64,000 bases of DNA from Vicinamibacterales bacterium. Lineage in GTDB: Bacteria > Acidobacteriota > Vicinamibacteria > Vicinamibacterales > JAMQPK01. A program made the position numbers and the translations under genes. The first letter of the stretch is position 1; each line of letters starts with the position of its first letter. The stretch covers positions 44,179 to 108,178 of the forward strand of contig CAVZIS010000002.1 in assembly GCA_963775345.1 (NCBI GenBank), given 5' to 3'. This document shows, in pieces, positions 45,314 to 54,517 of this stretch. The notes beneath the pieces were generated by a model. The model was given only the letters and a program-made list of their open reading frames with translations, searched no databases and was not told where the DNA came from.

Positions 45314-45592
45314 CTAGTGATAGTCCACGATCTCCACATCTTCGGCGTCCCCTTCGTGCCAGACGAAGCAGATACGGTATCGATCGTTGACCCGGATGCT
45401 GTGTTGTCCACGCCTGTCGCCCGTGAGCGCCTCGAGCCGGTTGCCAGGGAAAGCGGTGAGATCGCGGAGCTCGTGCGCTGCATGTAGCTGCTGCAGCTTC
45501 CTTTGGGCGACGCGAGCTACTTGCTGCAGACGGCGGCTGAACTTGCCCGCGAAGAGCGCCTCGGCCTCCGGATCTTTGAACGACCGGATCAC
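45314..45592 (-). CDS. higB: HigB-type (RelE superfamily) toxin
   Basis: Intact 92-aa ORF with IRSFKDPEAEALF, GNRLEALTGDRRGQHSIRVNDRYRICFVW and VEIVDYH. It lies 12 nt upstream of higA. Confidence 0.85.
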   Translation of the reverse strand: MIRSFKDPEAEALFAGKFSRRLQQVARVAQRKLQQLHAAHELRDLTAFPGNRLEALTGDRRGQHSIRVNDRYRICFVWHEGDAEDVEIVDYH

Positions 45593-45602
45593 TTCAACCC
45601 AG

Positions 45603-45625
45603 CGTATAACGCCGCACGTTATACG
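45603..45625. promoter_or_regulatory. perfect 9-5-9 inverted repeat in the higBA promoter (candidate operator)
   Basis: CGTATAACG-ccgca-CGTTATACG lies 11 bp upstream of the higB start. On the minus strand it sits between a TTGACG (-35-like) and a TACGCT (-10-like) hexamer. Confidence 0.5.
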
Positions 45626-45660
45626 TCAAGCAGTATCCCCCCGAGTGATATGATGTTTAG

Positions 45661-45891
45661 GTGCCAAGGACGACGTTGCAGCTCGAGGAAGATGCGATGA
45701 AGGTGGCCAGGGCGCACGCGCAGCGGCACGGGCTGACGCTTGGCCAGGCCGTGAGCGAGCTGGTCAGAAAGGGCGCTGAACGGCCGCTTGTGACTGAAGA
45801 GCGAAACGGTCTTCGTGTATTGCGCCTCAATCGCCGCTCGCCGAAGGTCACGGTCGCACGCGTCGACCAGCTCCGTGAAGACCTGCCGTGA
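45661..45891 (+). CDS. VapB-like antitoxin (GTG start)
   Basis: Intact 76-aa ORF. MPRTTLQLEEDAMKVARAHAQRHGLTLGQAVSELV resembles RHH/VapB-type antitoxins. Its stop overlaps a GTG that opens a PIN-like N-terminus. Confidence 0.55.
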   Translation: MPRTTLQLEEDAMKVARAHAQRHGLTLGQAVSELVRKGAERPLVTEERNGLRVLRLNRRSPKVTVARVDQLREDLP

Positions 45892-46140
45892 AGTCGGCGC
45901 TGCTTGATATCAGTGTCTTGACGCCTGCTTTGGCCTGGCGCATCCGGCCACGACTTCTGGGCCGATAGCCTCCAGGTCCCCACGGCCGTGAAAGGCATGG
46001 AGTCCAGCCTGCAAGGCGACAAGCGACGCGTAATTGCTCGCTCTTGCTCACCGCCGAAAGGGCGTGCTGGCGACCTTTGATCGAGGACTGCGCAGACTGG
46101 CTGGCGATGCATTTCCCGGCGCCCTGGAAATCGGTCCCAG
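45888..46140 (+). pseudogene. vapC: decayed PIN-domain toxin (vapC remnant)
   Basis: VKSALLDISVL (PIN N-terminal acidic motif) and LLALAHRRKGVLATFDRGL (PIN C-terminal motif) are in different frames. The total span is only about 84 codons, against about 130 for an intact VapC. Confidence 0.5.
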
Positions 46141-46149
46141 CGGAGAACC

Positions 46150-46525
46150 ATGCTCAAAGACTAAGCCAAGGACGATCGCCGCATACATAGCGTCGGCTCC
46201 CAGAGAGGCGCAAAGGAATCTGCGCGAGCTGTATGCAATTCTCAAGAAAGCTGCACCTGCTGGAGCTAGTGAAGGCCTGAAATGGGGATACCCGGTGTTT
46301 GAAGGGAAGCGAATTCTTTTCGCGTTCGGCGCTTTCAAATCGCATCTCAATTTCATGCCAACCCCTTCCGCGATGAAGCCGTTCAAGAAGGAGTTGGCAA
46401 ACTACAAGACTGGTAAGGGCTCAATTCAATTCCCCCACGACAAACGGCTGCCGAAGGCGCTGATACGCAAAATCGCGGCACTTCGCGTCAGTGAACTCAG
46501 GGGAAAAGATGTGAGATGGATGTGA
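46150..46525 (+). CDS. DUF1801 (YdhG-like) domain protein (one extra base right after the ATG)
   Basis: GGAGAA ribosome-binding site, then ATG c TCA AAG ... . Downstream sequence is KPRTIAAYIASAPREAQRNLRELYAILKKAAPAGASEGLKWGYPVF ... FKSHLNF. Confidence 0.65.
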
Positions 46526-46650
46526 AGGCAAGGGAAGCGGATAAATTCATGCACCAGCGGAAGCTGGCGCTCGTCGAGGCAGGCTGAGTGGACGGGCGGC
46601 CAGGTCCGTGATATTGACTGTTTGGTCTATATTGTCCAAAATAGACACAT

Positions 46651-47073
46651 ATGAGACGGCACAGGGCGAGTACAGAGGTGGGAACAGCCACGCCGGTTGC
46701 ACGACGACAACACCCCAGACGGGATCCGGTCGCGACGTTTCGAAACAGTCGCGGCGAGACGCTCGAGGCTGCGTCGGTCACCGCGAGTGAGGCCAAGAGC
46801 GGGTTCGGGCGGGTCCTGGACATGGCCATGCAAGGCGGCGCCGTCGTCATCACGAAGCACGATGTTCCCAAGGCAGTGGTGCTATCTGTCGAGAACTTCA
46901 ACGCCCTGTCGCGCGCGACGGAGACGAGCCTCGACACGCTCAGCCGGGAATTCGACGCGCTTCTTGCGAAGCTGCAAACACCCAAGGCGCGATCGGGAAT
47001 GAAGGCGGCATTCGCGGCATCCACAAGACAGCTTGGAAAGGCGGCGGTAGCATCGGCGCGAACGCGTGGCTAG
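46651..47073 (+). CDS. Phd/YefM-like antitoxin (true start uncertain)
   Basis: VTASEAKSGFGRVLDMAMQGGAVVITKHDVPKAVVLSVENFNAL is a Phd/YefM-type core. Its stop overlaps the downstream GTG by 8 nt. Confidence 0.6.
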   Translation: MRRHRASTEVGTATPVARRQHPRRDPVATFRNSRGETLEAASVTASEAKSGFGRVLDMAMQGGAVVITKHDVPKAVVLSVENFNALSRATETSLDTLSREFDALLAKLQTPKARSGMKAAFAASTRQLGKAAVASARTRG

Positions 47074-47710
47074 GGCGCGGGGTCGTCCCTGCATCTACGT
47101 GCTCGCCGGAACGAACGGCGCGGGCAAGACGAGCGTGGCCGGCGCGATGTTCCGGCAGTCTGGCGCCGACTATTTCAATCCCGACGAAGCGGCCATCCGG
47201 ATTCTGGCTGTCAATCCTGGTATCACGGCAGCGGACGCGAACAGTGCTGCCTGGCACGAGGGAAGACGTCTTCTGGAACGAGCGATCGACGAACGCCTGG
47301 ACTTCGCCTTCGAAACCACGCTTGGCGGGCGCACCATCGCGGCTCTGCTCCATAAGGCAGTGGCTGCCGGAATCGAGGTCCGCATCTGGTTCGTGGGACT
47401 GAGCAGTCCGGAGCTGCATATTGCGCGGGTTCGATCGAGGGTTGCCCGCGGTGGACACGACATCCCGGAAGAAAAGATTCGTGAGCGCTACGACCAGAGT
47501 CGGATCCATCTGATCGAGTTGATGCCGAAGATCACCGAGCTGAGGGTGTACGACAACAGCATTGACGCGGATCCTCATGCGGGCCACGCTCCACAGCCAG
47601 TGCCGATCCTTCACCTGGCCAGACGGAAGATCGTCCATATGGTTGACTTGGCCAGGACGCCTGAGTGGGCCAAGCCTGTGGTCGTCGCCGCGATCAAGCT
47701 GTCCAGATGA
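47066..47710 (+). CDS. zeta-toxin-like P-loop kinase
   Basis: Intact 214-aa ORF with Walker A YVLAGTNGAGKTS and FAFETTLGG. It is coupled to the upstream antitoxin. Confidence 0.7.
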   Translation: MARARGRPCIYVLAGTNGAGKTSVAGAMFRQSGADYFNPDEAAIRILAVNPGITAADANSAAWHEGRRLLERAIDERLDFAFETTLGGRTIAALLHKAVAAGIEVRIWFVGLSSPELHIARVRSRVARGGHDIPEEKIRERYDQSRIHLIELMPKITELRVYDNSIDADPHAGHAPQPVPILHLARRKIVHMVDLARTPEWAKPVVVAAIKLSR

Positions 47711-47744
47711 ACTCGCGCCCGAGTACCACGTCGTGTCAGCATCA

Positions 47745-48272
47745 CTAGTAGTGGTAGTCAATCGCAACTGCCAGGCAGTCCGGATAAGCTTTCATTATTC
47801 TTTGAATCTTTCTTAACCATGCCGCTCTTGCCTTGCGCTGACGCGCCGTTGGCTTGCCAAAAATGGGGAGAACGCTCGGGCAGTCTAGCCAGTCACCATG
47901 CGGAGTAATGACGGCTAGCGGGTAGTCGGCGAGTGAAGACATGTGCACGCGACCGACATCCTCCGACCAGACAGCATTCCGCTCAAGAGACCGAGGAATC
48001 GGTCTTCGCGACGGTTGGATCTTTTGCTTGACCATCAGTTGACGCACCTGGCGGCCCCATCCTTCCCAGCGTCCGCCAATGACACACCAATCGAATTGGA
48101 ACCCGCGGGAATGGTCGACGCCCCACGCCATCTCCTGAGGCTGTTCGTACCGAAACAGCAACGTTTCGATTCGGGCTGAAAGAGCCGCATCCCGGGCAAC
48201 AAGAGGCCGCATGTTTGCCCGGGCAGGATCATTCGGCACTACAAGAACCGCGAGCGAGTGCATACCGAACAA
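47745..48272 (-). CDS. hypothetical protein
   Basis: Intact 175-aa ORF with normal composition (DWCVIGGRWEGWG motif). No family recognised. Confidence 0.45.
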   Translation of the reverse strand: MFGMHSLAVLVVPNDPARANMRPLVARDAALSARIETLLFRYEQPQEMAWGVDHSRGFQFDWCVIGGRWEGWGRQVRQLMVKQKIQPSRRPIPRSLERNAVWSEDVGRVHMSSLADYPLAVITPHGDWLDCPSVLPIFGKPTARQRKARAAWLRKIQRIMKAYPDCLAVAIDYHY

Positions 48273-48329
48273 AAGAGCCTAGCAGGGCTGGGCGGAGCGT
48301 GACAAGGGCAGCGCTGATGGAGGCAGGCA

Positions 48330-48788
48330 TCACTTCTTCCACATTCTGGGATCGAAGCTGAACGGCTCCGGGCGTCCAATTGCAAGCTGCGCAAACTCTC
48401 GATGAGTGGGGTTCAGCGCAAAGTTCCGCTCGTGCGGAATGACGACGGAAGGTACCGAGAGGACTGCGGTTCTGGACGCGCGGAACCACTGGTCGCCGAT
48501 TGCTGCGAGTGTTGGTGGAGCTGGAAATGATCGCCAATCGGGGGGCAACGTTTCCAGGTCGACCGACTCGGTCGCGATGTCTTCGTGGATGTCCACCGGA
48601 ATCGCGACGAGGTCCACGAGCTCGAGGTCGGAATCGGTGTGGACGAACCGTTCCAGCGCGGCGAGTGACAGCGTCGCCGACGTGAAGACCGCCGGGACGC
48701 CTCGCGGCGTCCAGCGGCTCCCATGACGCCGCGCGCCCTCGCCATCACACGCGGCGTGGGCAGCACTGGCGATTCGCCAGACGCGCAC
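48330..48788 (-). CDS. RES-domain toxin
   Basis: Intact 152-aa ORF with GSRWTPRGVPAVFTSATLSLAALE and SVPSVVIPHERNFALNP. Confidence 0.85.
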   Translation of the reverse strand: MRVWRIASAAHAACDGEGARRHGSRWTPRGVPAVFTSATLSLAALERFVHTDSDLELVDLVAIPVDIHEDIATESVDLETLPPDWRSFPAPPTLAAIGDQWFRASRTAVLSVPSVVIPHERNFALNPTHREFAQLAIGRPEPFSFDPRMWKK

Positions 48789-49225
48789 TAGCCCACGATT
48801 CCGTGTTCAATCCGCCCGAGGATGTCTTCGACCTGGCGTGCGCCGACATCCGTGTCGAGCAGCCGAATGGGGAGCTCGCCGTTCAACGCCCGATTCGGTC
48901 GCTGCAGCCACGTCCTCGCTTTGTCTTCAGCACCGAACACCGAAACGGCTTGACCCGCCACGCGTGCGATTCGATACAGGCGATCGGATTCGTCGGGGTC
49001 TAGTTTCCGCGCCTGCCGGCGACGGGCCATCGTCCGGGTCGGCATGTGCAGGACGGTGGCGGCCTCAGGCACGGACAGTCGCAGCCGTTCGCGAACGGAC
49101 TCGAGCGAGCGGTACGGGAGTCCTTGCTTGATGCGGGCCCGTAACTCGGTCGACGTTGGCAGGGCTCGGCCTTTGAAGACGCGCGGCCCGCCAAGGACCT
49201 CGACGACGTACTCGCTCGCGGTCAT
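48788..49225 (-). CDS. Xre-like antitoxin with DUF2384 domain (partner of RES toxin)
   Basis: Intact 145-aa ORF with DESDRLYRIARVAGQAVSVFGAEDKARTWLQRPNRALNGELPIRLLDTDVGARQVEDILGRIEHG. Confidence 0.85.
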   Translation of the reverse strand: MTASEYVVEVLGGPRVFKGRALPTSTELRARIKQGLPYRSLESVRERLRLSVPEAATVLHMPTRTMARRRQARKLDPDESDRLYRIARVAGQAVSVFGAEDKARTWLQRPNRALNGELPIRLLDTDVGARQVEDILGRIEHGIVG

Positions 49226-49238
49226 GCTCTCCTCTCAA

Positions 49239-49271
49239 GCCAAAAGGCATTATAACATGATGCCAAATGGC
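49239..49271. promoter_or_regulatory. imperfect 12-9-12 inverted repeat overlapping a TATAAT box upstream of the Xre-RES operon
   Basis: GCCAAAAGGCAT-tataacatg-ATGCCAAATGGC. The minus strand reads GTTATAATG (perfect -10) about 25 nt upstream of the antitoxin ATG. GAGGAG lies 4 nt upstream of the ATG. Confidence 0.45.
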
Positions 49272-49515
49272 ACAACCAGGAGTGCCTCACGCCCTGTCCG
49301 TGGCAGCAAAAACATCACGACAAGGGATTGAAGACGAACCTCTCCCGGCATCGTGTGCAAGACCGAAGGAGAGGATCCCTATCCGAGCGTTTGTGGCCGC
49401 CGCCTTCCCGTGAGCTGTTTCATTCGCGATCCACGCCTGTAAAAACATCTGGAACTGAAGTCGGCGGTAACCATCGCGGGCTGAGCCACGGGGCTCCAGC
49501 CCTCAGGAGTCAGGT

Positions 49516-52104
49516 ATGGAACGGGAACATGGACCAATCGCCGGCAGGTGGGGGCGTGGCAGGGCAGCTTCTCTGCGGTCAGCGGGAGCGGTGGTGTTGG
49601 CGTTGGTGGCTGTATTGGGCGGGTCGGCGCCGGTCGCCACGCAGGAGCCGGAGCCGGGTGGTGGCGGGGGATCGGCGCGTTGCGTGGCAGCCACGCACCC
49701 CGCGCCCAATGAGCCGTTTTCTGCGGCGCCGTCTGCTCTCGACGTGCTCGGGCAGACCACGACGCTCCGTTGGAACCTGCTGGTCCCTGCCGGCTGCGTG
49801 ATGAGCTTCTCGATCGTCGAAGCAGATATTTTCACGTCGAAGAGAGCAACCCTGGAGGTGACGCCGCCAGCGTACGGAACCCACACCTACACGCTGCGGG
49901 CAAGGAGCGGTTCCTACAGCAAGTCGTGGAAGACGACAGTGCGGGTCGCGCTTCCGCGCGATGGATACGGACGGATCAATGTCACGATCTACCAGAACGA
50001 TCAAGTCGACCTGTTCGTGGCGGCGATCAGCAGCAACGACGCCGTCAACAACAGCACCGACGCGATCGTCCACCTTCGGGACGGTGTGAACCTGAACCTG
50101 AGCCTGAAGGGGACCATCCACATCATGCCCGGCGTGCAGATCCTGGGTGGGCGCAGCCTGCACAATCCTGGACCGAGCGTGTTCACGACGAACTATCCCA
50201 ACCCGATGTTCGTGATCGGCCAGTACTGGAACGCCGACAACGTACGCATCAGCGGCATTCGCATCCTGGGGGCTGACGGCTCCGTCGCGGAGGAATCGAC
50301 TCCCAATTCCATAGGCATCGGAGTGGTATCGAGCATCAACGTCGAGATCGCCAACAATGAAATCTCCGGCTGGCACGTGGCGGGCGTTCAGGTAGAGGAC
50401 CCGCGCGCGCGGATCGATCGCAACAACGGCATGGGAGCCGTGCGCATTCACGACAACTTCATCCACCGCAACCAGCGCATCGGGGAAGGCTACGGGGTGG
50501 AGGTGACCGCCGGCGCCTACGCCTTGATCGAGAAGAATGTCTTCGACGACAACCGTCACGCCATCGCAGGTGGCGGCCATCATGGAACGGGTTACTTCGC
50601 CTACCGGAATCTTGTTCTGACAGATGGCGGCCACCACGAATGGTACGGAATCGACAGTCGAACGCACCAGATCGACATGCACGGCCAATCGGACTGCTGG
50701 GGATTCCCTCACTACTGCGGGACGGCTGGTGAGTACATGGACATCCGCCACAATACGATCGCCTACACGGCGGGCGCCGCTATCAAGATCCGCGGCGAGC
50801 CCACGCTTGGCCTGGACGTCGAGCGGAATGTCTTCAGCCACTCCCAGGTGTGGGGCGGCTACATCGATGACGCGGCGCTGGTCCAGACCGAGGGCAGCAA
50901 CCTCAGGCAGCGGGAAAACAGATTCGGCCAAACCCTTCCGAACGCGGTCTGGGTCTGCGCCTTCGAGGAGCCCGGGTTGCCGTCGCTGCCGCCGGTGCCA
51001 GAAGGGTTCCTCGCGACAGGCGAGACCTGGTGGATTGCGGGGTCCTGGGGCATCCGCTATCTCAACAGCTCTACGAAGATGATCGAGGACGTCGTGTTAG
51101 GGGATACCGACGGGGATCGCCGGTGCGACGTCAGCGCCGATGGCCTGGTTTCGAGGGGCGGGAGAACACCACTGAAGGCGCCTGCGCGCACCGACATCGT
51201 ATGGCGGGAGAGCAATACGGGGCGTTTGCGCGTCTCGCTGTTGCAGGGCGCAGTGAGCGTTGGCGACACCTACCCGGTCACCTTCGCACCTCATCGGCGC
51301 ATTCTGGGCACGGGCGACTTTGATGGCGATGGCGATCACGACATCCTCTCGCGAGTCGAAACCGGTCAGGCGCTCGAAGAAACGTTCATCTCTTTCATGC
51401 AGGACGGGGCAGTCGTCTCCGAGCATTCGCCGGGCTTTACGTCGATCGGCATGCAGGTGAAGGGTATCGCCGACTTCGATGGCGACGATGCGGCGGACAT
51501 TCTGTGGCGGCACGACGACGGGCAGCTCGCCTTGTGGATCCACGAGGGCACTGCCATCCACGCGACTCTCAGCTGGCGCAATGTGGGCGGGATCGTTGGG
51601 TCGGACTGGCAGATCCAAGGCACTGGTGATTTCAACGGGGACGGCTATGCCGACATCGTCTGGCGTCACAATACCGGACTGGTGTCCATCTGGCTCATGG
51701 TCGGCACTGTCTATACCGGCGAATTCTATCCCGGTGTGCAGGATCCCAACCTGTCGCTTTGGACGATCCAGGGTATCGGTGATTTCGACAGCGATGGCCG
51801 TTCCGACATCCTGTGGCGGCACGAAGATGGCCGGTTGGCCATGTGGTTCCAAGGGTCCGACCTCGGTGCGGCCTATCCATCGTGGTCGAATTCCGGCGCC
51901 GTGACCGATTCGACGTGGCAGGTGCAGGGCGTCTCCGACTTCAACGCTGACGGGCGCTCGGACATCGTCTGGCGCCATGAGAGCGGGCAGGTGGCCATCT
52001 GGATGATGAATGGCGGAACGTTCACCTCGGAGACCAGCCCGATGACGGTAGATGCTGGCTGGACGCTGCAAGGCTTGCTGCCAAGGTTCAGCACCGGATG
52101 GTGA
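49516..52104 (+). CDS. secreted right-handed beta-helix protein fused to an FG-GAP/VCBS-type repeat propeller
   Basis: Intact 862-aa ORF with GGAG 6 nt upstream and a signal peptide. PbH1-like turns are NNEISGW, IHDNFIHRN, IEKNVFDDNRHAIAGGG and IRHNTI. Six or more repeats follow of the GDF(D/N)GDGxxDI(L/V)WRHxxGxxxxW type. Confidence 0.8.
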   Translation: MEREHGPIAGRWGRGRAASLRSAGAVVLALVAVLGGSAPVATQEPEPGGGGGSARCVAATHPAPNEPFSAAPSALDVLGQTTTLRWNLLVPAGCVMSFSIVEADIFTSKRATLEVTPPAYGTHTYTLRARSGSYSKSWKTTVRVALPRDGYGRINVTIYQNDQVDLFVAAISSNDAVNNSTDAIVHLRDGVNLNLSLKGTIHIMPGVQILGGRSLHNPGPSVFTTNYPNPMFVIGQYWNADNVRISGIRILGADGSVAEESTPNSIGIGVVSSINVEIANNEISGWHVAGVQVEDPRARIDRNNGMGAVRIHDNFIHRNQRIGEGYGVEVTAGAYALIEKNVFDDNRHAIAGGGHHGTGYFAYRNLVLTDGGHHEWYGIDSRTHQIDMHGQSDCWGFPHYCGTAGEYMDIRHNTIAYTAGAAIKIRGEPTLGLDVERNVFSHSQVWGGYIDDAALVQTEGSNLRQRENRFGQTLPNAVWVCAFEEPGLPSLPPVPEGFLATGETWWIAGSWGIRYLNSSTKMIEDVVLGDTDGDRRCDVSADGLVSRGGRTPLKAPARTDIVWRESNTGRLRVSLLQGAVSVGDTYPVTFAPHRRILGTGDFDGDGDHDILSRVETGQALEETFISFMQDGAVVSEHSPGFTSIGMQVKGIADFDGDDAADILWRHDDGQLALWIHEGTAIHATLSWRNVGGIVGSDWQIQGTGDFNGDGYADIVWRHNTGLVSIWLMVGTVYTGEFYPGVQDPNLSLWTIQGIGDFDSDGRSDILWRHEDGRLAMWFQGSDLGAAYPSWSNSGAVTDSTWQVQGVSDFNADGRSDIVWRHESGQVAIWMMNGGTFTSETSPMTVDAGWTLQGLLPRFSTGW

Positions 52105-52163
52105 CGTGGCTTGGCGGTTCTCTCAGCGATGTGGCATAGTGAAATTTACATGAGTCTCTCACC

Positions 52164-52646
52164 ATGAGCGCTCGACTCCGTGCCGATCGCGACAGAAAGC
52201 GCCGCGCGGAATGGGCGCGACGGATTGCGGCGGACCAGCGCGTGGAAGCCCAGCGCGCAGCCAGCACCCTGCAGACCTTCACCAGGCAGATCCGATCGAT
52301 CCAAACCGGTGGCCGCACCAAGCTCTCTTCCGTTGGCGCTCTGCGAGGTGCCGGCGTCGTGACGGCTATTCTCCCCAACGGCCGCCGCACCCGCATGCGC
52401 ATTATCCCCACCGTGGCGCCGATCAGCGAGGTCAACCGGCTTCGCTCGGCAGAAGCGGTCGCTATCGGGAAGAACTCGCGCGCGATCGCCAAGTTGGCCG
52501 CGGCCTATGCCGCCGCGGTCAAGAAGCTGTCGGCCGAGCAAGTCAAGAGCAACAACGATCTGCGCAAGAGGCTTGTCGAAGCTGACAACCGGCTCAATGG
52601 GCGCATTACCAAGGAGCTCAAGCGCGATCGCGCGGCTCGACGCTGA
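52164..52646 (+). CDS. hypothetical Arg/Ala-rich coiled-coil protein
   Basis: 160-aa ORF. No family recognised. The composition is borderline for a real gene. Confidence 0.35.
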   Translation: MSARLRADRDRKRRAEWARRIAADQRVEAQRAASTLQTFTRQIRSIQTGGRTKLSSVGALRGAGVVTAILPNGRRTRMRIIPTVAPISEVNRLRSAEAVAIGKNSRAIAKLAAAYAAAVKKLSAEQVKSNNDLRKRLVEADNRLNGRITKELKRDRAARR

Positions 52647-52677
52647 GCAGTACATCCGGGGCCATGCCGGCACCCAC

Positions 52678-53296
52678 ATGCCGGAAGAGCTTCAAGGACA
52701 TGACCTGATCGCCGTCGATCAACAGCATCCATACTCCCGTGATCCGGATAGTTATGATGCCTTGATGCGGGCTACGTGATGCGATCGAGATGCTCGCGGA
52801 CAGCGGAGTCGAGACGCTCGGGCAGACGACCTGGGCCGATCTCGGATGCGGCACTGGCACGTTTACCCTCGCGCTCGCCACTCTGCTCGCCAAAGGCAGC
52901 ACCATTCACGCCATGGACCGCGACGGCGCCGCCCTTCGGAAAATTCCTTCGGCGCACAACGGCGTGCGCTTGACGACGCACCGTGGAGACTTCACGAACC
53001 GGACGTGGCCATTCGCGAATCTCGATGGCATTCTCATGGCGAACTCGCTGCACTATGTCGATGACCAGGCAGCGTTCATTCATGCATGCGAGCGGCGGAT
53101 GACATCGCAGCGACGCTTTCTCATCGTCGAATACGATACGAGCGAGGCCAGCCGATGGGTACCGTATCCGGTGAGCCGGACCAGATTGACTGGCCTGTTC
53201 GAACGCGCCGGTTATTCGTCGATCAGGGTATTGCGCTCACGGCCATCGGTTTTCCGGCGCGCTTCGATCTACGCCGCCGCGATCGCACCCTCGTGA
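52678..53296 (+). CDS. class I SAM-dependent methyltransferase, paralog 1 (one extra G near 52768-52770; intact ORF from 52790)
   Basis: WADLGCGTGTFTLALA, IHAMDRD and ILMANSLHYV. The N-terminal SYDALMR|LRDAIEML aligns to paralog 2 (HYDPAVRLRDAIEML) only if one G of cggg is removed. Confidence 0.75.
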
Positions 53297-53343
53297 GCTC
53301 GCGGCAATCGTGGCGATGCAATCTTGTCGCCGTCGGAGGCTGA

Positions 53344-53541
53344 ATGCCGTTCAAGAGCAAGGCACAGAGACGTAAATTTGCTCAGCTTCTCGTCGAAGGA
53401 AAGATCTCGAACGAGACGTTCGAGGAATGGAATCGTGAAACGGGTAGGAAGAAGCTCCCTGAACGCGTTGCGCGCAAGGCGTCTGTCCGGAAGAGAGCCA
53501 AGACCAGGCGCAGGACGCGAACCACGTCGAAGCGGCGCTAG
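53344..53541 (+). CDS. small basic protein
   Basis: 65-aa ORF with a GGAGG ribosome-binding site upstream. It has MPFKSKAQRRKFAQLLVEGKIS and a Lys/Arg-rich tail. Confidence 0.5.
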   Translation: MPFKSKAQRRKFAQLLVEGKISNETFEEWNRETGRKKLPERVARKASVRKRAKTRRRTRTTSKRR

Positions 53542-53607
53542 TACCCACGCAACAGAGCACACGATATCGCGACATCTATATGAACGTGTACACGTGCAAT
53601 CGACGCT

Positions 53608-54478
53608 TCAACAAAACACGTCACGAAAAGGCCCAAGAAACTTCCTCTCCGGCGACCAATCTGTGATGGCAAAAACGAGGTCGGAGAACGCCTCGCCGAA
53701 GTCGTTTTCCAACGCCTGTCGAAAATCAATTGCAGTGCGGTACGGATCATTCTCAAAAGCGCCGCAACCCCATGCGCCCAGGACGAGCGTGGCATATCCG
53801 AAAGCCCGTGCAATAGTGAGCACGCGATGAATCCGCTTCCGTAAGAGGTCCCCAGCTTGCGGCTGGCCAATAGCTGGCGCATATGGAGCGGCACATGTAA
53901 TGAAACTCAAGAGCCACGGGTGTGGCAACTCCGTCCCGTCATCCATCCGAAAGACGGGAACGTCAGGGGAATAAATTGCCCAGTCCGTGGAGTCTGGGTC
54001 ATGGGCGTTTGCGGTGCTCCCGATACATCGGATCATCGATGAGTGTCTGATGGAGAGCGCTGGATCGACAAAGCACCTCTTCCTGCGCTCTGGCTCCGCT
54101 CAGGAAACCACCACCTGGCTGGATTCCGTTGGCGAAATTCAGGGCAAGGGGTCGCAGTCCGCGAGCCAGTAGACGTCGCGACGCTCCGAGCGTTGTCTCA
54201 TTCGTGACCTGCACCCGTGTTTCCGCAAACGCGCTGCGCACGGTAAGTGGCAGGGTAGCGTCTGGGGCAATGCTCCGCTTAGCGGCACAGGCAGCCTGCA
54301 CAGCGTCACGCCAAACGACTTCCTGACCGGCTTTGGTGACATAGCGGCCGCTACGAGCAGCATTCACCGCCGAACGCCCGAGTGCTGCAGCGACATCTCT
54401 GGGGATGTCCAACTCCTGCCGCCGGGAGGCGGCCATCTGCGCGGAATCGAGGCAGGGCAGTATATGCAGCGTGCTCAT
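53608..54478 (-). CDS. bacterial-type poly(ADP-ribose) glycohydrolase-like macro-domain protein (TIGR02452/DUF2263; frame switch near 54020)
   Basis: PARG signature GGG-x7-QEE (NFANGIQPGGGFLSGARAQEEVLCRSS). The C-terminal piece has LVLGAWGCGAFENDP. Confidence 0.8.
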
Positions 54479-54517
54479 GCTTCGTCATGCATTTCTCAGA
54501 TCCGCGAGGCAGAACGC

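Noticed and set aside
49579-50931. 450-aa ORF on the minus strand
   Set aside because: It is entirely antisense to the well-supported beta-helix/FG-GAP gene. Its composition is Arg/Ala/Val/Asp-rich, as expected for off-frame high-GC sequence, and it has no motif.
53584-53595. Perfect 12-bp palindrome ACGTGTACACGT between convergent genes
   Set aside because: It is too short and has no loop, so it cannot act as a terminator. It occurs once and no adjacent promoter context is visible.
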